From NCBI GenBank assembly GCA_977016875.1, contig CDRNST010000175.1:992001-1056000 (forward strand): a stretch of 64,000 nt of DNA, given 5' to 3'. This stretch comes from Pavona decussata. Taxonomy: Eukaryota. Under the pieces are notes generated by a model. That model did no database searches. It was not told where the DNA came from and saw nothing but the letters and a program-made list of their open reading frames with translations. The translations under genes and the position numbers were made by a program. Shown piece after piece: positions 11,001 to 26,000 of the stretch. Within the stretch, counting starts at the first letter, position 1, and each line of letters starts with the position of its first letter.

Positions 11001-14000
11001 AACTGGGAATTACCCAGTAAATAAATAAACAAGAGCTCATGAACAATCACAAAATGAAAAACGGCTTGGTAAACAAATAAAATAGGAACTGGCAGGTGTC
11101 TTTCAAAGTCGATCTAATCATGAAGGCACGACGGCCCTCAAACATCTCAATGCTGCCCCTCTCAGACGGCAAAAAAATTTGTACTGCCCTTGTGTATTCA
11201 AATGAATACCATCGCGAGCAAGAAAACGGGATTTGCAATTCCAAAACCTCTGGTGGCGCCAATATAAAACATAGGTTATCGGCTCTAACACTGCTTTTAA
11301 ATTTCGAGTTAAAATGTCAACTTCAGTATTAAATGGTGGAGAATTCTGTCTAAGACTCGATCAGCAACTGAGTAAGGTCCTCGATCATGGAACCAGTCTC
11401 AACGGTGGAAAGAGAAGCCAAGTCATTGGTCCCGAGCTGTAAAATTACGATATCAGGGGCAAAAGACTCAACAACACCAGGGTGGTATTGAATAGTCTTC
11501 GCTACTGTTCTCCCTCCATTCCCTTGCCATCTGATAACGAGATCATCTTCCAAGTGAAAAAGTGGTCGCTAATGAGAGGTGGTTGCTTACGACAGGTGGT
11601 CGCAAAGGGAGGTTCGACTGTACATCAATTTCACCCACTGGAAATTCGGGGATGATCTTCCCACGACGTCAAACGATAGCTTCAGTGACTTCCAGTTCCA
11701 TAGCAGCACTAACATTGTTACATCTGCATCGCGCATCCTTACTGTACATAATTTATGGCATCATTTAGCACGTGCTTGTTCACACGCATATAGAAAACAT
11801 GGCAGATTTGCCTTGAAATTGAACTCTGTCAGTTGAAAAATCGCTATAGTCCACCAACGAGACGTGCACCCCATCTTTTTTTCCAGTCATTTTAATCAAC
11901 CAATCATAAGCTTTGTGTGAGAAAAGACTGGTCTGATTTCTGTTGCTGGAAATTGAATAAATAAGGAAAATTTAAGTTCTCATGTGATAAATATTCAGTG
12001 GACAAAGTTTGAACAAAAATCTATTTTCACCTTTTTTTCAGAGGAATTACCTTAACCATATTTTTTTGGCATAATTTGCATGAGAAAGGAAAGGAGGTTT
12101 GTATCAAAACAAGGTCACCCGCAGCCTCAGTTTGATGCAAAGGCCAGGGTACTAAGAACACAACTGTAAAATGATCTGTTCGTTCCTGATCATTCTACAT
12201 TAAAATTCTAGTGCTTCCTGCAGTTGCTACTGAATGCGTCAATTAAATGAAATGTGAGCATTACTAACTTAAGTGGGTTTATGGTATATGAACGAATCGT
12301 AATTTTTCAATCGCTTGATAGATATGGAATCAGAGTCTTTTATTTTGAGGTGAGTCATGAATGTTTACTCAGAGTTAACTTTTGTCCTCGTTACTTTTCC
12401 ATCCGTTGTTCTCTTTTTATTTTCACAAACCACCATTATGTAGTGCCTTTCCTAAGAAACACAAAATAATGTAATCGCCAATCATATTATTTTGAACTTT
12501 CCCTTGATTTGATGTGCAGTCAAAGACTTGTAAATTATTTGTAGCGTACCTGTTTACATATACAGAATTTGTATTCAGTACTGGATGTCATGGCAGTACA
12601 AGTGGCAGTCTCTAAGAATTCAGAAAGAGTATTTATGAAAAAGATTTTTTCATAGCAGTTTATCGACCAATTTGCTACAAACTCCTACTAATACCTTTTC
12701 GTTTTTTCGCCTTGTTCCCCACTGGTCCAGCCTCTTGGTTTTTCCTTTTTCCCCTAGTAATGAGGAAAGCAACTGTTAATGATAATTAATGGCTCAGATC
12801 CATTACAAGTGATTTGTCATTAAGAAATTATTAATTTTTTATTTGTTACCTCCAGTAACTTCATTTTAAATTCAGTAGATCAGATTAAATAATTGATTGA
12901 TTGGTTAACAGAATCCTGATTTCCTTGTTTATGTTTTGGTGAAAATTCCTATATTTGTAGTGTGAATTTAATTTTTGAAACTTACCTTTCACTTGTTTTT
13001 TAATGGTGGCTTGCCAGTCTTCATGGAAATTAATACCTCTTACCACTTTCAGCATTTGTTGCTTAGCTACAAATAAGAGAAAAGAAATATAAATATTTCA
13101 TTTCATTATTTTTTATTACGTTAACTTCTTTTCTTATTATTTGCTAAATGAAAATGTCTTTTTGGAGCATTAAGTGTAAGGACTACACCTTATACTTGAC
13201 CATTGTACATAAGAGCTACCAATGCTAATAGTTAATTACCTTCAATGGTAGTTGATGTGGGTGTTTCCATCAATTCCTCTGTGGGAGGTGCCTGTCTCCC
13301 AGTGTTGTCTGGATTCTGCAGGGAGACAATCTTTTCTTTGCTGGTGGAGGGTTGAGACGTTTCTATCCTTCCAGCATTGTCTGGCTTCTGCAGCTGCACA
13401 CTATGTTGTTTGCTGGTGATGGGTTCCGATGGTACCCGTCTCCCAGTGTTGTCTGGATTCTGCTGGGACGCACTCTCTTCTTTGCTGGGGGAGGGTTGAG
13501 ATTGTGTCAGGCTCCTTGAGTTGAGTTCATTGTCTGGATGAACAGATAATAAAATAGACATATTATCTCATAAGTGATAAGTTAAACTGACAGCTATACT
13601 TGTAAAAACCTGTCGCGGTTGAGGATCCGAACAACCCGCTTGATAAGGAATGCCTCCTGTACCTTAAGATGAACCACTATCCAGGACAATGGCATCGGTT
13701 GCAGTGGCAACAGCTGGCTCAATACAGCCAAGTCCGTCTGCGGTCCTGGGCATCAAGATAGCTGCAATGTTGTCCTGGGAAAGTGCGGACTGTACTGCTT
13801 GAGCGATAACGGTGGATGTAGTGGTGGATAAGGCATTGATCTCAATGGACACCAGACCTGGGTTGCCCTGTTGTGTTGGCGTTGGGACATTTTGGGTAGT
13901 TGCATGTGTATTGGTGCCAACTTCAGGCAGTTCAGATAATCTTGCCTGTTTACTGCGTGTTGAACGAGTAGCTGTAGAGTTTGACGCACCACGCTTTCTT

Positions 14001-17000
14001 GGAGACATTACTTACTAAAGGAAATTGGAAAGGGGATAAGACAGGAGCCAGGCAGGAGACACCTTGAGACAGTGTTCCAGCCAATAAATGACAGATCTAT
14101 TGTCTAAGGAAACAGATGTTGAGGTCAATAACATTCCTTGCCAATTGTGAGTTCCAGAAAGACAGTGTGATTAGGGCAGTATGAGATTAATAAAACAGAA
14201 TGCCAGCCCAACCAGGTTGAACAATACACAAGGTTTAAACAAAGCAAGCAAAAACCAGTGAGCAGAAACCAAAAATGCCAAGTTCCAGCCATAAGAAAAT
14301 GTCACAGAGCGGAGTGCATAGGACACACCTCAAAGGGGCGATCAAGTGGGTTGTACACTCGTGGCAAAGTGAAAGCACAAAGACGACATGACCAAAGCCG
14401 TGAAAAGCATGGTAAAAATGCCGTGACCAACATGGTCCAAAGGACCCAGTGAGCCTTGAAAAAAAAACTGGGAATTACCCAGTAAATAAATAAACAAGAG
14501 CTCATGAACAATCACAAAATGAAAAACGGCTTGGTAAACAAATAAAATAGGAACTGGCAGGTGTCTTTCAAAGTCGATCTAATCATGAAGGCACGACGGC
14601 CCTCAAACATCTCAATGCTGCCCCTCTCAGACGGCAAAAAAATTTGTACTGCCCTTGCGTATTCAAATGAATACCATCGCGAGCAAGAAAACGGGATTTG
14701 CAATTCCAAAACCTCTGGTGGCGCCAATATAAAACATAGGTTATCGGCTCTAACACTGCTTTTAAATTTCGAGTTAAAATGTCAACTTCAGTATTAAATG
14801 GTGGAGAATTCTGTCTAAGACTCGATCAGCAACTGAGTAAGGTCCTCGATCATGGAACCAGTCTCAACGGTGGAAAGAGAAGCCAAGTCATTGGTCCCGA
14901 GCTGTAAAATTACGATATCAGGGGCAAAAGACTCAACAACACCAGGGTGGTATTGAATAGTCTTCGCTACTGTTCTCCCTCCATTCCCTTGCCATCTGAT
15001 AACGAGATCATCTTCCAAGTGAAAAAGTGGTCGCTAATGAGAGGTGGTTGCTTACGACAGGTGGTCGCAAAGGGAGGTTCGACTGTACATCAATTTCACC
15101 CACTGGAAATTCGGGGATGATCTTCCCACGACGTCAAACGATAGCTTCAGTGACTTCCAGTTCCATAGCAGCACTAACATTGTTACATCTGCATCGCGCA
15201 TCCTTACTGTACATAATTTATGGCATCATTTAGCACGTGCTTGTTCACACGCATATAGAAAACATGGCAGATTTGCCTTGAAATTGAACTCTGTCAGTTG
15301 AAAAATCGCTATAGTCCACCAACGAGACGTGCACCCCATCTTTTTTTCCAGTCATTTTAATCAACCAATCATAAGCTTTGTGTGAGAAAAGACTGGTCTG
15401 ATTTCTGTTGCTGGAAATTGAATAAATAAGGAAAATTTAAGTTCTCATGTGATAAATATTCAGTGGACAAAGTTTGAACAAAAATCTATTTTCACCTTTT
15501 TTTCAGAGGAATTACCTTAACCATATTTTTTTGGCATAATTTGCATGAGAAAGGAAAGGAGGTTTGTATCAAAACAAGGTCACCCGCAGCCTCAGTTTGA
15601 TGCAAAGGCCAGGGTACTAAGAACACAACTGTAAAATGATCTGTTCGTTCCTGATCATTCTACATTAAAATTCTAGTGCTTCCTGCAGTTGCTACTGAAT
15701 GCGTCAATTAAATGAAATGTGAGCATTACTAACTTAAGTGGGTTTATGGTATATGAACGAATCGTAATTTTTCAATCGCTTGATAGATATGGAATCAGAG
15801 TCTTTTATTTTGAGGTGAGTCATGAATGTTTACTCAGAGTTAACTTTTGTCCTCGTTACTTTTCCATCCGTTGTTCTCTTTTTATTTTCACAAACCACCA
15901 TTATGTAGTGCCTTTCCTAAGAAACACAAAATAATGTAATCGCCAATCATATTATTTTGAACTTTCCCTTGATTTGATGTGCAGTCAAAGACTTGTAAAT
16001 TATTTGTAGCGTACCTGTTTACATATACAGAATTTGTATTCAGTACTGGATGTCATGGCAGTACAAGTGGCAGTCTCTAAGAATTCAGAAAGAGTATTTA
16101 TGAAAAAGATTTTTTCATAGCAGTTTATCGACCAATTTGCTACAAACTCCTACTAATACCTTTTCGTTTTTTCGCCTTGTTCCCCACTGGTCCAGCCTCT
16201 TGGTTTTTCCTTTTTCCCCTAGTAATGAGGAAAGCAACTGTTAATGATAATTAATGGCTCAGATCCATTACAAGTGATTTGTCATTAAGAAATTATTAAT
16301 TTTTTATTTGTTACCTCCAGTAACTTCATTTTAAATTCAGTAGATCAGATTAAATAATTGATTGATTGGTTAACAGAATCCTGATTTCCTTGTTTATGTT
16401 TTGGTGAAAATTCCTATATTTGTAGTGTGAATTTAATTTTTGAAACTTACCTTTCACTTGTTTTTTAATGGTGGCTTGCCAGTCTTCATGGAAATTAATA
16501 CCTCTTACCACTTTCAGCATTTGTTGCTTAGCTACAAATAAGAGAAAAGAAATATAAATATTTCATTTCATTATTTTTTATTACGTTAACTTCTTTTTTT
16601 ATTATTTGCTAAATGAAAATGTCTTTTTGGAGCATTAAGTGTAAGGACTACACCTTATACTTGACCATTGTACATAAGAGCTACCAATGCTAATAGTTAA
16701 TTACCTTCAATGGTAGTTGATGTGGGTGTTTCCATCAATTCCTCTGTGGGAGGTGCCTGTCTCCCAGTGTTGTCTGGATTCTGCAGGGAGACAATCTTTT
16801 CTTTGCTGGTGGAGGGTTGAGACGTTTCTATCCTTCCAGCATTGTCTGGCTTCTGCAGCTGCACACTATGTTGTTTGCTGGTGATGGGTTCCGATGGTAC
16901 CCGTCTCCCAGTGTTGTCTGGATTCTGCTGGGACGCGCTCTCTTCTTTGCTGGGGGAGGGTTGAGATTGTGTCAGGCTCCTTGAGTTGATTTCATTGTCT

Positions 17001-20000
17001 GGATGAACAGATAATAAAATAGACATATTATCTCATAAGTGATAAGTTAAACTGACAGCTATACTTGTAAAAAGCTGTCGGGGTTGAGGATCCGAACAAC
17101 CCGCTTGATAAGGAATGCCTCCTGTACCTTAAGATGAACCACTATCCAGGACAATGGCATCGGTTGCAGTGGCAACAGCTGGCTCAATACAGCCAAGTCC
17201 GTCTGCGGTCCTGGGCATCAAGATAGTTGCAATGTTGTCCTGGGAAAGTGCGGACTGTACTGCTTGAGCGATAACGGTGGATATAGTGGTGGATAAGGCA
17301 TTGATCTCAATGGACACCAGACCTGGGTTGCCCTGTTGTGTTGGCGTTGGGACATTTTGGGTAGTTGCATGTGTATTGGTGCCAACTTCAGGCAGTTCAG
17401 ATAATCTTGCCTGTTTACTGCGTGTTGAACGAGTAGCTGTAGAGTTTGACGCACCACGCTTTCTTGGAGACATTACTTACTAAAGGAAATTGGAAAGGGG
17501 ATAAGACAGGAGCCAGGCAGGAGACACCTTGAGACAGTGTTCCAGCCAATAAATGACAGATCTATTGTCTAAGGAAACAGATGTTGAGGTCAATAACATT
17601 CCTTGCCAATTGTGAGTTCCAGAAAGACAGTGTGATTAGGGCAGTATGAGATTAATAAAACAGAATGCCAGCCCAACCAGGTTGAACAATACACAAGGTT
17701 TAAACAAAGCAAGCAAAAACCAGTGAGCAGAAACCAAAAATGCCAAGTTCCAGCCATAAGAAAATGTCACAGAGCGGAGTGCATAGGACACACCTCAAAG
17801 GGGCGATCAAGTGGGTTGTACACTCGTGGCAAAGTGAAAGCACAAAGACGACATGACCAAAGCCGTGAAAAGCATGGTAAAAATGCCGTGACCAACATGG
17901 TCCAAAGGACCCAGTGAGCCTTGAAAAAAAAACTGGGAATTACCCAGTAAATAAATAAACAAGAGCTCATGAACAATCACAAAATGAAAAACGGCTTGGT
18001 AAACAAATAAAATAGGAACTGGCAGGTGTCTTTCAAAGTCGATCTAATCATGAAGGCACGACGGCCCTCAAACATCTCAATGCTGCCCCTCTCAGACGGC
18101 AAAAAAATTTGTACTGCCCTTGCGTATTCAAATGAATACCATCGCGAGCAAGAAAACGGGATTTGCAATTCCAAAACCTCTGGTGGCGCCAATATAAAAC
18201 ATAGGTTATCGGGTCTAACACTGCTTTTAAATTTCGAGTTAAAATGTCAACTTCAGTATTAAATGGTGGAGAATTCTGTCTAAGACTCGATCAGCAACTG
18301 AGTAAGGTGCTCGATCATGGAACCAGTCTCAATGGTGGAAAGAGAAGCCAAGTCAATGGTCCCGAGCTGTAAAATTACGATATCAGGGGCAAAAAACTCA
18401 ACAACACCAGGGTGGTATTGAATAGTCTTCGCTACTGTTCTCCCTCCATTCCCTTGCCATCTGATAACGAGATCATCTTCCAAGTGAAAAAGTGGTCGCT
18501 AATGAGAGGTGGTTGCTTACGACAGGTGGTCGCAAGGGGAGGTTTGACTGTACATCAATTTCACCCACTGGAAATTCGGGGATGATCTTCCCACGACGTC
18601 AAACGATAGCTTCAGTGACTTCCAGTTCCATAGCAGCACTAACATTGTTACATCTGCATCGCGCATCCTTACTGTACATAATTTATGGCATCATTTAGCA
18701 CGTGCTTGTTCACACGCATATAGAAAACATGGCAGATTTGCCTGGAAATTGAACTCTGTCAGTTGAAAAATCGCTATAGTCCACCAACGAGACGTGCACC
18801 CCATCTTTTTTTCCAGTCATTTTAATCAACCAATCATAAGCTTTGTGTGAGAAAAGGCTGGTCTGATTTCTGTTGCTGGAAATTGAATAAATAAGGAAAA
18901 TTTAAGTTCTCATGTGATAAATATTCAGTGGACAAAGTTTGAACAAAAATCTATTTTCACCTTTTTTTCAGAGGAATTACCTTAACCATATTTTTTTGGC
19001 ATAATTTGCATGAGAAAGGAAAGGAGGTTTGTATCAAAACAAGGTCACCCGCAGCCTCAGTTTGATGCAAAGGCCAGGGTACTAAGAACACAACTGTAAA
19101 ATGATCTGTTCGTTCCTGATCATTCTACATTAAAATTCTAGTGCTTCCTGCAGTTGCTACTGAATGCGTCAATTAAATGAAATGTGAGCATTACTAACTT
19201 AAGTGGGTTTATGGTATATGAACGAATCGTAATTTTTCAATCGCTTGATAGATATGGAATCAGAGTCTTTTATTTTGAGGTGAGTCATGAATGTTTACTC
19301 AGAGTTAACTTTTGTCCTCGTTACTTTTCCATCCGTTGTTCTCTTTTTATTTTCACAAACCACCATTATGTAGTGCCTTTCCTAAGAAACACAAAATAAT
19401 GTAATCGCCAATCATATTATTTTGAACTTTCCCTTGATTTGATGTGCAGTCAAAGACTTGTAAATTATTTGTAGCGTACCTGTTTACATATACAGAATTT
19501 GTATTCAGTACTGGATGTCATGGCAGTACAAGTGGCAGTCTCTAAGAATTCAGAAAGAGTATTTATGAAAAAGATTTTTTCATAGCAGTTTATCGACCAA
19601 TTTGCTACAAACTCCTACTAATACCTTTTCGTTTTTTCGCCTTGTTCCCCACTGGTCCAGCCTCTTGGTTTTTCCTTTTTCCCCTAGTAATGAGGAAAGC
19701 AACTGTTAATGATAATTAATGGCTCAGATCCATTACAAGTGATTTGTCATTAAGAAATTATTAATTTTTTATTTGTTACCTCCAGTAACTTCATTTTAAA
19801 TTCAGTAGATCAGATTAAATAATTGATTGATTGGTTAACAGAATCCTGATTTCCTTGTTTATGTTTTGGTGAAAATTCCTATATTTGTAGTGTGAATTTA
19901 ATTTTTGAAACTTACCTTTCACTTGTTTTTTAATGGTGGCTTGCCAGTCTTCATGGAAATTAATACCTCTTACCACTTTCAGCATTTGTTGCTTAGCTAC

Positions 20001-23000
20001 AAATAAGAGAAAAGAAATATAAATATTTCATTTCATTATTTTTTATTACGTTAACTTCTTTTCTTATTATTTGCTAAATGAAAATGTCTTTTTGGAGCAT
20101 TAAGTGTAAGGACTACACCTTATACTTGACCATTGTACATAAGAGCTACCAATGCTAATAGTTAATTACCTTCAATGGTAGTTGATGTGGGTGTTTCCAT
20201 CAATTCCTCTGTGGGAGGTGCCTGTCTCCCAGTGTTGTCTGGATTCTGCAGGGAGACAATCTTTTCTTTGCTGGTGGAGGGTTGAGACGTTTCTATCCTT
20301 CCAGCATTGTCTGGCTTCTGCAGCTGCACACTATGTTGTTTGCTGGTGATGGGTTCCGATGGTACCCGTCTCCCAGTGTTGTCTGGATTCTGCTGGGACG
20401 CACTCTCTTCTTTGCTGGGGGAGGGTTGAGATTGTGTCAGGCTCCTTGAGTTGAGTTCATTGTCTGGATGAACAGATAATAAAATAGACATATTATCTCA
20501 TAAGTGATAAGTTAAACTGACAGCTATACTTGTAAAAACCTGTCGGGGTTGAGGATCCGAACAACCCGCTTGATAAGGAATGCCTCCTGTACCTTAAGAT
20601 GAACCACTATCCAGGACAATGGCATCGGTTGCAGTGGCAACAGCTGGCTCAATACAGCCAAGTCCGTCTGCGGTCCTGGGCATCAAGATAGCTGCAATGT
20701 TGTCCTGGGAAAGTGCGGACTGTACTGCTTGAGCGATAACGGTGGATGTAGTGGTGGATAAGGCATTGATCTCAATGGACACCAGACCTGGGTTGCCCTG
20801 TTGTGTTGGCGTTGGGACATTTTGGGTAGTTGCATGTGTATTGGTGCCAACTTCAGGCAGTTCAGATAATCTTGCCTGTTTACTGCGTGTTGAACGAGTA
20901 GCTGTAGAGTTTGACGCACCACGCTTTCTTGGAGACATTACTTACTAAAGGAAATTGGAAAGGGGATAAGACAGGAGCCAGGCAGGAGACACCTTGAGAC
21001 AGTGTTCCAGCCAATAAATGACAGATCTATTGTCTAAGGAAACAGATGTTGAGGTCAATAACATTCCTTGCCAATTGTGAGTTCCAGAAAGACAGTGTGA
21101 TTAGGGCAGTATGAGATTAATAAAACAGAATGCCAGCCCAACCAGGTTGAACAATACACAAGGTTTAAACAAAGCAAGCAAAAACCAGTGAGCAGAAACC
21201 AAAAATGCCAAGTTCCAGCCATAAGAAAATGTCACAGAGCGGAGTGCATAGGACACACCTCAAAGGGGCGATCAAGTGGGTTGTACACTCGTGGCAAAGT
21301 GAAAGCACAAAGACGACATGACCAAAGCCGTGAAAAGCATGGTAAAAATGCCGTGACCAACATGGTCCAAAGGACCCAGTGAGCCTTGAAAAAAAAACTG
21401 GGAATTACCCAGTAAATAAATAAACAAGAGCTCATGAACAATCACAAAATGAAAAACGGCTTGGTAAACAAATAAAATAGGAACTGGCAGGTGTCTTTCA
21501 AAGTCGATCTAATCATGAAGGCACGACGGCCCTCAAACATCTCAATGCTGCCCCTCTCAGACGGCAAAAAAATTTGTACTGCCCTTGCGTATTCAAATGA
21601 ATACCATCGCGAGCAAGAAAACGGGATTTGCAATTCCAAAACCTCTGGTGGCGCCAATATAAAACATAGGTTATCGGCTCTAACACTGCTTTTAAATTTC
21701 GAGTTAAAATGTCAACTTCAGTATTAAATGGTGGAGAATTCTGTCTAAGACTCGATCAGCAACTGAGTAAGGTGCTCGATCATGGAACCAGTCTCAATGG
21801 TGGAAAGAGAAGCCAAGTCAATGGTCCCGAGCTGTAAAATTACGATATCAGGGGCAAAAAACTCAACAACACCAGGGTGGTATTGAATAGTCTTCGCTAC
21901 TGTTCTCCCTCCATTCCCTTGCCATCTGATAACGAGATCATCTTCCAAGTGAAAAAGTGGTCGCTAATGAGAGGTGGTTGCTTACGACAGGTGGTCGCAA
22001 GGGGAGGTTTGACTGTACATCAATTTCTTCCACTGGAAATTCGGGGATGATCTTCCCACAACGTCAAACGATAGCTTCAGTGACTTCCAGTTCCATAGCA
22101 GCACTAACATTGTTACATCTGCATCGCGCATCCTTACTGTACATAATTTATGGCATCATTTAGCACGTGCTTGTTCACACGCATATAGAAAACATGGCAG
22201 ATTTGCCTGGAAATTGAACTCTGTCAGTTGAAAAATCGCTATAGTCCACCAACGAGACGTGCACCCCATCTTTTTTTCCAGTCATTTTAATCAACCAATC
22301 ATAAGCTTTGTGTGAGAAAAGACTGGTCTGATTTCTGTTGCTGGAAATTGAATAAATAAGGAAAATTTAAGTTCTCATGTGATAAATATTCAGTGGACAA
22401 AGTTTGAACAAAAATCTATTTTCACCTTTTTTTCAGAGGAATTACCTTAACCATATTTTTTTGGCATAATTTGCATGAGAAAGGAAAGGAGGTTTGTATC
22501 AAAACAAGGTCACCCGCAGCCTCAGTTTGATGCAAAGGCCAGGGTACTAAGAACACAACTGTAAAATGATCTGTTCGTTCCTGATCATTCTACATTAAAA
22601 TTCTAGTGCTTCCTGCAGTTGCTACTGAATGCGGCAATTAAATGAAATGTGAGCATTACTAACTTAAGTGGGTTTATGGTATATGAACGAATCGTAATTT
22701 TTCAATCGCTTGATAGATATGGAATCAGAGTCTTTTATTTTGAGGTGAGTCATGAATGTTTACTCAGAGTTAACTTTTGTCCTCGTTACTTTTCCATCCG
22801 TTGTTCTCTTTTTATTTTCACAAACCACCATTATGTAGTGCCTTTCCTAAGAAACACAAAATAATGTAATCGCCAATCATATTATTTTGAACTTTCCCTT
22901 GATTTGATGTGCAGTCAAAGACTTGTAAATTATTTGTAGCGTACCTGTTTACATATACAGAATTTGTATTCAGTACTGGATGTCATGGCAGTACAAGTGG

Positions 23001-26000
23001 CAGTCTCTAAGAATTCAGAAAGAGTATTTATGAAAAAGATTTTTTCATAGCAGTTTATCGACCAATTTGCTACAAACTCCTACTAATACCTTTTCGTTTT
23101 TTCGCCTTGTTCCCCACTGGTCCAGCCTCTTGGTTTTTCCTTTTTCCCCTAGTAATGAGGAAAGCAACTGTTAATGATAATTAATGGCTCAGATCCATTA
23201 CAAGTGATTTGTCATTAAGAAATTATTAATTTTTTATTTGTTACCTCCAGTAACTTCATTTTAAATTCAGTAGATCAGATTAAATAATTGATTGATTGGT
23301 TAACAGAATCCTGATTTCCTTGTTTATGTTTTGGTGAAAATTCCTATATTTGTAGTGTGAATTTAATTTTTGAAACTTACCTTTCACTTGTTTTTTAATG
23401 GTGGCTTGCCAGTCTTCATGGAAATTAATACCTCTTACCACTTTCAGCATTTGTTGCTTAGCTACAAATAAGAGAAAAGAAATATAAATATTTCATTTCA
23501 TTATTTTTTATTACGTTAACTTCTTTTTTTATTATTTGCTAAATGAAAATGTCTTTTTGGAGCATTAAGTGTAAGGACTACACCTTATACTTGACCATTG
23601 TACATAAGAGCTACCAATGCTAATAGTTAATTACCTTCAATGGTAGTTGATGTGGGTGTTTCCATCAATTCCTCTGTGGGAGGTGCCTGTCTCCCAGTGT
23701 TGTCTGGATTCTGCAGGGAGACAATCTTTTCTTTGCTGGTGGAGGGTTGAGACGTTTCTATCCTTCCAGCATTGTCTGGCTTCTGCAGCTGCACACTATG
23801 TTGTTTGCTGGTGATGGGTTCCGATGGTACCCGTCTCCCAGTGTTGTCTGGATTCTGCTGGGACGCGCTCTCTTCTTTGCTGGGGGAGGGTTGAGATTGT
23901 GTCAGGCTCCTTGAGTTGATTTCATTGTCTGGATGAACAGATAATAAAATAGACATATTATCTCATAAGTGATAAGTTAAACTGACAGCTATACTTGTAA
24001 AAAGCTGTCGGGGTTGAGGATCCGAACAACCCGCTTGATAAGGAATGCCTCCTGTACCTTAAGATGAACCACTATCCAGGACAATGGCATCGGTTGCAGT
24101 GGCAACAGCTGGCTCAATACAGCCAAGTCCGTCTGCGGTCCTGGGCATCAAGATAGTTGCAATGTTGTCCTGGGAAAGTGCGGACTGTACTGCTTGAGCG
24201 ATAACGGTGGATATAGTGGTGGATAAGGCATTGATCTCAATGGACACCAGACCTGGGTTGCCCTGTTGTGTTGGCGTTGGGACATTTTGGGTAGTTGCAT
24301 GTGTATTGGTGCCAACTTCAGGCAGTTCAGATAATCTTGCCTGTTTACTGCGTGTTGAACGAGTAGCTGTAGAGTTTGACGCACCACGCTTTCTTGGAGA
24401 CATTACTTACTAAAGGAAATTGGAAAGGGGATAAGACAGGAGCCAGGCAGGAGACACCTTGAGACAGTGTTCCAGCCAATAAATGACAGATCTATTGTCT
24501 AAGGAAACAGATGTTGAGGTCAATAACATTCCTTGCCAATTGTGAGTTCCAGAAAGACAGTGTGATTAGGGCAGTATGAGATTAATAAAACAGAATGCCA
24601 GCCCAACCAGGTTGAACAATACACAAGGTTTAAACAAAGCAAGCAAAAACCAGTGAGCAGAAACCAAAAATGCCAAGTTCCAGCCATAAGAAAATGTCAC
24701 AGAGCGGAGTGCATAGGACACACCTCAAAGGGGCGATCAAGTGGGTTGTACACTCGTGGCAAAGTGAAAGCACAAAGACGACATGACCAAAGCCGTGAAA
24801 AGCATGGTAAAAATGCCGTGACCAACATGGTCCAAAGGACCCAGTGAGCCTTGAAAAAAAAACTGGGAATTACCCAGTAAATAAATAAACAAGAGCTCAT
24901 GAACAATCACAAAATGAAAAACGGCTTGGTAAACAAATAAAATAGGAACTGGCAGGTGTCTTTCAAAGTCGATCTAATCATGAAGGCACGACGGCCCTCA
25001 AACATCTCAATGCTGCCCCTCTCAGACGGCAAAAAAATTTGTACTGCCCTTGCGTATTCAAATGAATACCATCGCGAGCAAGAAAACGGGATTTGCAATT
25101 CCAAAACCTCTGGTGGCGCCAATATAAAACATAGGTTATCGGGTCTAACACTGCTTTTAAATTTCGAGTTAAAATGTCAACTTCAGTATTAAATGGTGGA
25201 GAATTCTGTCTAAGACTCGATCAGCAACTGAGTAAGGTGCTCGATCATGGAACCAGTCTCAATGGTGGAAAGAGAAGCCAAGTCAATGGTCCCGAGCTGT
25301 AAAATTACGATATCAGGGGCAAAAAACTCAACAACACCAGGGTGGTATTGAATAGTCTTCGCTACTGTTCTCCCTCCATTCCCTTGCCATCTGATAACGA
25401 GATCATCTTCCAAGTGAAAAAGTGGTCGCTAATGAGAGGTGGTTGCTTACGACAGGTGGTCGCAAGGGGAGGTTTGACTGTACATCAATTTCACCCACTG
25501 GAAATTCGGGGATGATCTTCCCACGACGTCAAACGATAGCTTCAGTGACTTCCAGTTCCATAGCAGCACTAACATTGTTACATCTGCATCGCGCATCCTT
25601 ACTGTACATAATTTATGGCATCATTTAGCACGTGCTTGTTCACACGCATATAGAAAACATGGCAGATTTGCCTGGAAATTGAACTCTGTCAGTTGAAAAA
25701 TCGCTATAGTCCACCAACGAGACGTGCACCCCATCTTTTTTTCCAGTCATTTTAATCAACCAATCATAAGCTTTGTGTGAGAAAAGGCTGGTCTGATTTC
25801 TGTTGCTGGAAATTGAATAAATAAGGAAAATTTAAGTTCTCATGTGATAAATATTCAGTGGACAAAGTTTGAACAAAAATCTATTTTCACCTTTTTTTCA
25901 GAGGAATTACCTTAACCATATTTTTTTGGCATAATTTGCATGAGAAAGGAAAGGAGGTTTGTATCAAAACAAGGTCACCCGCAGCCTCAGTTTGATGCAA